Shown here: positions 60,601 to 64,000 of the stretch, piece after piece
Position numbering within the stretch: the first letter of the stretch is position 1
Layout: every line of letters begins with the position of its first letter
Assembly (NCBI GenBank): GCA_031409275.1
Contig: JANNXA010000030.1
Location: 1-64,000 of the forward strand
Length of the DNA stretch: 64,000 nt
Direction: 5' to 3'
Source of the DNA: Planctomycetota bacterium
GTDB lineage: Bacteria > Planctomycetota > B15-G4 > SIAN01
Program-made: the position numbers and the translations under genes
The notes under the pieces: generated by a model
The model's input: only the letters and a program-made list of their open reading frames with translations
What the model was told of the DNA's origin: nothing
Databases searched by the model: none

Positions 60601-61107
60601 ATGGTCGGGCCGTTCCACGGCGGCAACCGTCGCGATTTCAACACCTGTGTGCTCTGCCACGGCGTCGCGGGCAACGAGGACTGGCCGATCTACGGCACCA
60701 CCGTCGCGACCGCCGCCACCACCGGCACGACGATCGACTTCCGCGGAATGCTCCACAAGATCCACATGGGCGAGGAGCTGACGAACGCCGCGACCTACGA
60801 GGTCCTCGGCTTCAGCTCGAGCTCGAACAAGTACGGCGAGGTGGTCTTCCCCGCGCAAGCCGGCCACACCATGAACTGCACCAAGTGCCATGGAAGCTCC
60901 AGCAACTGGTACGCGCCGAGCGCCCGCCAACACCCCGCTCAGGCACTGCCGACGCGGGCGTGGCGATCGGCGTGCGGCGCCTGCCATGACTCCGACGCCG
61001 CCGGTGCGCACTTCGACGTCATGACCGCCGGCGGACTGGAATCGTGCGAGGTCTGCCACGGCCAGGGCACTGAGTTCTCGGTCGAAGTCGTGCACAAGGT
61101 TCGGTGA
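57679..61107 (+). CDS. Decaheme c-type cytochrome lipoprotein, MtrC/OmcA-like, with large insertions (1142 aa)
   Basis: RBS GGAGG; lipobox-like LIAAAC; 10 CxxCH in two groups of 5; IDFR..[IL]HK[LI]H in both halves; duplicated beta domain. Confidence 0.92.
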   Translation: MTAVLSPLRPVLPGRRSLLLLCLIAAACAGDDGKDGVDGSTPTTPLSRVLTKWEDGPGVNLEITGVSGATGPSNSFVPGDRIAVTFTAKRNDGSNWGLDELDHGHILVSGPTFNYQPVIAEQTDLFTASIDNGDGTYTYKFATAIPSTYLEPANDSSAFGPLDGELQGDPLLAGTYTIGMFGRWEYTVDGATFKEVGQATRDVLFGGETTTTAREVVKTDNCNQCHVALQAHDGEIRSAQLCVLCHTSGAEDTSGNGVSIDFRVMIHKLHDGAHLPSVLGVATNSDGSRNYAATKVPYEITDDEGEVTDFSDVAFPVWPNLNTPMPRDFGYSARSSTEKTLEATMLQGATQCSKCHGDPDDSGLLTGPLTAPAQGGLAFSQPSRRACGSCHDDIDWTLPYVANQLQMDPQSDDSSCLPCHAPSGVAGVGLPLSTAAAHLHPLNDATINPGVNFTITSVSGASGPGGNFANGDKPRIEFTVTDDDDNDVPLQTLDGTSTLLVGPTANYQHVFPFASPNGASSALPVDFAGRLQSSSTTNKGTMSKLVGATDSETLIVQFTPSSTAFTVTGTNSGLLGSGTLAAATSTNSDRSSISSVELAPGAVAETITVLFTNPTASSTTFAVTGSVSGAMGSGTMPAFINASTLFTSNDGKVSFIVSSGANAFASNQTIHLTIFRGGGANPVLFAIVVGRTSFAINDRIYYDTVADDSSYEFALPMDLPNEFLGDGNGSIGQVLTAANVPVYYGRQVLSERIALDASGPTTLIAASTERARYVDVAAIDSDLANGDNVVIDDGIASFEEYAQVGYIDSAKKRLWFRTPLRFSHAATTGTVQEVTLSFRQEGVNYTLDPATGTITSLAAFTTGNAIVMNYRTDGAFGWYRRAGDALQAVYVPPINDSPDLDSSWGEWSGLTYLSGTYSASIWGRKNKILGLQNEVQTYNGIGEASVASLLYGSAAAEEPHALVSSGANCESCHTMVGPFHGGNRRDFNTCVLCHGVAGNEDWPIYGTTVATAATTGTTIDFRGMLHKIHMGEELTNAATYEVLGFSSSSNKYGEVVFPAQAGHTMNCTKCHGSSSNWYAPSARQHPAQALPTRAWRSACGACHDSDAAGAHFDVMTAGGLESCEVCHGQGTEFSVEVVHKVR

Positions 61108-61169
61108 TGCGCACGCTCGCTTCGAGAGCACCGAGGCCACGGGAGATCGCTGCGATGGAGGCAACCGCG

Positions 61170-62579
61170 ATGACACTTCAGCGGTCCGCCCGCTCGATGC
61201 TGCTGCTGGCAACTGCCGCTCTGCCCGGTCGTGCCGTCGCGCAGGACGTCGGCACGACGCCCGCCGAGACACCCGCGGCGCCCGAAACCGCGGCCGCGCA
61301 AGAGACCGCGGTCGCGCTCCCTTCGCTCGCGCAGGGAGACGACGCACTCGACCTTTCGGGCTGGTTCTCGCTGCAGTACCGCTTGCGACGGACCAGCAGC
61401 ACCACCGACCAGGACCTCTTCGGACTGCTCGGTGCCGACTGGCGTGACGCCGAGCGCGATCCCCTCTCGCTCCACCTCGTGACGCGCAGCTCGTGGGACG
61501 TCGACGGTCGCCAGGACCGCAATGGCGGCTACGCCTTCGACAGCCTCGCCGACAGCTACGACCACGCCTTCGTCGCCCACCTCCTCGAAGGCTGGGCGGG
61601 CGGCCGCGTCGGCTCGATCGGCGATTGGCGCGCGGGCCGCTTCTATCTCGAGGACACGCCGGTCACGACCTACATGGACGGCGCTCGCCTGGCGACAGCG
61701 GCCGCGGGCCCGCTCAAGGCGCGCATCGGCGGCTACGGCGGCCTGCCGACGCATCTCTACGAATCGTCGGCGCGCGACGACCGCATCTACGGCGCCTTCG
61801 CCGAAGCGCGCGGATGGACCAAAGGACGCACGCGCTTCGACTGGATGCACGTCGACGACGAGCTGCGCGCGAGCGACCGCGAGGATGACCTGCTCGCGCT
61901 GTCGCAATGGCAGCAGCTCGGAGAACAGGTCGACCTGTTCGGGCGCTTCACCTGGATCGCCTCCGAAAGTCGCGACCTCACTCTGCGCGCCGGCTACCGC
62001 GACGTCCCCACGGCGCTGCGCGTGCAGCTCGCCTGGTACGAGCTCTTCCATGAGCAGACCGACCTCTCCTACGAGTTCGACCCCTTCTCGGTCGTCGCGT
62101 TCGACTATCTGCCGTACCGACAGGCGTCGCTGGTGATCGGCAAGGGGCTCGGTGACCACTTCGACCTCGCTGCCGGCGTCGACGTGCGACGGCTCAACGA
62201 CGGCGACCTCGAGCGCGCGTTCAACCACGAGTTCGAGCGCTACTACGTCGTCCCCTCGGTCACCGGCTGGCCCAGCGAAGGCACTTCCGCCTCGGCCACC
62301 TTCGAGCTGTGGGACGCCGACACGGAGCGCTACCGGACCATCGGAGCCGACCTCGACCAGGAGATCGCGAAAGGGCTCTCCGTCGGCGCGTTCACCTCGT
62401 TCTCGCTCTACCGCTACGACCTCTACCAGGCGCGGGAGCTCGACCGCGTGCGGAGCTGGGGCACCCGCCTCGATTGGCACGCGACCAGCCGCCTGCGACT
62501 GCGTCTCGACTGGACGTTCGAGGACGATCGCTTCGACCGCTACCAGACTGCGAGGGTGCGAGCCACATGGAACTTCTGA
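61170..62579 (+). CDS. Outer-membrane beta-barrel porin of a porin-cytochrome complex (469 aa)
   Basis: RBS GGAGG; signal peptide; amphipathic strands (AGRF, DGAR); C-terminal ATWNF; lies between two multiheme genes. Confidence 0.85.
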   Translation: MTLQRSARSMLLLATAALPGRAVAQDVGTTPAETPAAPETAAAQETAVALPSLAQGDDALDLSGWFSLQYRLRRTSSTTDQDLFGLLGADWRDAERDPLSLHLVTRSSWDVDGRQDRNGGYAFDSLADSYDHAFVAHLLEGWAGGRVGSIGDWRAGRFYLEDTPVTTYMDGARLATAAAGPLKARIGGYGGLPTHLYESSARDDRIYGAFAEARGWTKGRTRFDWMHVDDELRASDREDDLLALSQWQQLGEQVDLFGRFTWIASESRDLTLRAGYRDVPTALRVQLAWYELFHEQTDLSYEFDPFSVVAFDYLPYRQASLVIGKGLGDHFDLAAGVDVRRLNDGDLERAFNHEFERYYVVPSVTGWPSEGTSASATFELWDADTERYRTIGADLDQEIAKGLSVGAFTSFSLYRYDLYQARELDRVRSWGTRLDWHATSRLRLRLDWTFEDDRFDRYQTARVRATWNF

Positions 62580-63595
62580 AACCGATCACGCGCGGCGCGC
62601 TGCTGCTGGTCCCGATCGGGATCGTCGGCTGCCTGATGTTCAACGGATTCGGCGGCCCCTCCGGCCCCGCGTTCCCCCATTCCAAGCACGGCGAGGAAGC
62701 GGGGCTCGAGTGCGCCTCGTGCCACCGCACCGCCGCCACCGGCGAAGCGGCGGGCATGCCGACCGAGAAGCAGTGCATGCTCTGCCACGAGGAGCTCGAC
62801 CGGGACAAGCCGCTGGAGAAGCGGGCGAGCGCCTTCTTCGTCGACCATGTGCTGCAGGCGCGGCGCGGAAGCGAACTCGGCGACGAGGTGATCTTCTCGC
62901 ACGCTGCGCACGTGACCGGCAAGTCGATGGCGTGCGCCCAATGCCACTCCGGCGTCGAAGGGTCGGACGAACTGCCCGCCGATCTGCATCTCGCGATGAT
63001 CGACTGCATGGGTTGCCACTCGCAGGCAAGCCTCAGCAACGATTGCGCGGTCTGCCACAAGACGATCCGCGCCGAAGTGCCCCCGCCCACCCACATCGGA
63101 GCGTGGAAGCGCGAGCACGGCCCGACCTGCCGCGCCGGCGGTGTCGGCGTCGGCAGCGACGGCGATGCAGAGGCCACCTGCATGTACTGCCACGGTCGCA
63201 ACGAATGCGAGTCGTGCCACCGCACCGAAGCGCCCGCCGACCACAACAACTGGTGGCGTCGCCGCGGCCACGGCCTCGCGATGGCGATCGACCGCGACCG
63301 CTGCAGCACCTGCCACCAGGCTGACTCGTGCGACCGCTGCCACCAGGAGAGCGCGCCCGTCAGCCACACCGCCGGTTTCGGTTCGCCGCGCGACCGCCAC
63401 TGCGTCGGCTGCCACTTCCCGCTCGGCAACGACGAAGGGTGCGCGACCTGCCACCGCGGCACGCCGAGCCACCAGCTCGCTGCTCCGCTGCCGCCTGGCC
63501 ACACTCCCGGCATGAACTGCCGCCAGTGCCACGGGCTCACCGCGCCGCTCCCGCATCCCGACAAGGGCGACAACTGCAGCACCTGCCACCGTTGA
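62567..63595 (+). CDS. 13-heme c-type cytochrome (342 aa)
   Basis: 13 CxxCH counted; N-terminal hydrophobic leader ending IVGC; start overlaps the porin end. Confidence 0.92.
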   Translation: MELLKPITRGALLLVPIGIVGCLMFNGFGGPSGPAFPHSKHGEEAGLECASCHRTAATGEAAGMPTEKQCMLCHEELDRDKPLEKRASAFFVDHVLQARRGSELGDEVIFSHAAHVTGKSMACAQCHSGVEGSDELPADLHLAMIDCMGCHSQASLSNDCAVCHKTIRAEVPPPTHIGAWKREHGPTCRAGGVGVGSDGDAEATCMYCHGRNECESCHRTEAPADHNNWWRRRGHGLAMAIDRDRCSTCHQADSCDRCHQESAPVSHTAGFGSPRDRHCVGCHFPLGNDEGCATCHRGTPSHQLAAPLPPGHTPGMNCRQCHGLTAPLPHPDKGDNCSTCHR

Positions 63596-63606
63596 GGAGT
63601 CGACCG

Positions 63607-64000
63607 TTGAAGTGGTGCGGGCCGCCGGTGTTGCCGTTGCTGCTGGGCGTCGTCGCCGTCGGCGGCGCGTTCGGGGTGACGACGGCACTGCGGAGCGGCG
63701 ACCGTGCACAGCTCGATCGTTCCGCGCGCGATCCCGCCACGAACGTCGCGATCGCCGACGATGCGCAATGGGAGGCGGCGCGGCGTGAGCTGCTCGCGCC
63801 ACCGGCTCATGCGGGAGCGGCGGCCCCCGCCCGCGAACCGTCGCCCGAGACGCTCGAATCGTTCGCGGACGTGGCGCGCGCGCGACTGGTCGCGAAGGCG
63901 CCACTGGCCGAGAAGGCGGCATGGCTGCTCAAGGCGCGCGCGGTCTCACCGACGCTCTACGACGAGCTCTGCGCGATGGTCCTGGCGGGCGGCGAGCAGG
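63607..64000 (+). CDS. Partial hypothetical membrane-anchored protein (runs off the window)
   Basis: RBS GAGGAG, TTG start, MKWCGPPVLPLLLGVVAVGGAFGV; frame open to the end of the window. Confidence 0.65.
   Translation, partial: MKWCGPPVLPLLLGVVAVGGAFGVTTALRSGDRAQLDRSARDPATNVAIADDAQWEAARRELLAPPAHAGAAAPAREPSPETLESFADVARARLVAKAPLAEKAAWLLKARAVSPTLYDELCAMVLAGGEQ

Noticed and set aside
1226..61107. Other TGA stops as Sec codons (e.g. 1226, 15907, 24398, 61105)
   Set aside because: The proteins look complete at those stops, and the downstream frames either close quickly, lack homologous continuation or overlap the next gene's start.

Overview
GC-rich (about 70% by eye), gene-dense bacterial DNA. 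The ECF sigma/Ser-Thr kinase pair, ThuA/propeller giants, FG-GAP proteins and many lipoproteins suggest a Planctomycetota genome (inference). I recognised no rRNA, tRNA, CRISPR array or intact transposase. Main points: (1) Two genes split by the ORF track are probably selenoproteins, each with an in-frame TGA followed directly by a SECIS-like hairpin: an EF-hand/iodothyronine-deiodinase-like lipoprotein (5400-6602, FGSFT-U-GPF) and an FG-GAP repeat protein with an adjacent Sec-Cys pair (17407-18717, PTG-U-C-VGFGP). (2) A porin-cytochrome extracellular electron transfer operon: a 1142-aa decaheme MtrC/OmcA-like lipoprotein with nested beta-rich insertions, a beta-barrel porin and a 13-heme cytochrome (57679-63595). 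(3) A bufferin-type MNIO (DUF692/DUF2063) RiPP cluster with a 12-Cys, probably lipid-anchored precursor (872-3073). (4) Two di-heme peroxidase-fold proteins, REPIN-like inverted repeats, a C25 peptidase broken by TAA and several gene remnants. The rest is ordinary: SNF2/SWIM, SbcCD-like pair, zwf, tal-pgi, S10 peptidase, ferritin-like protein. Family names come from motif recognition, not database searches. Starts were adjusted by eye using RBS, gene overlap and signal peptides.
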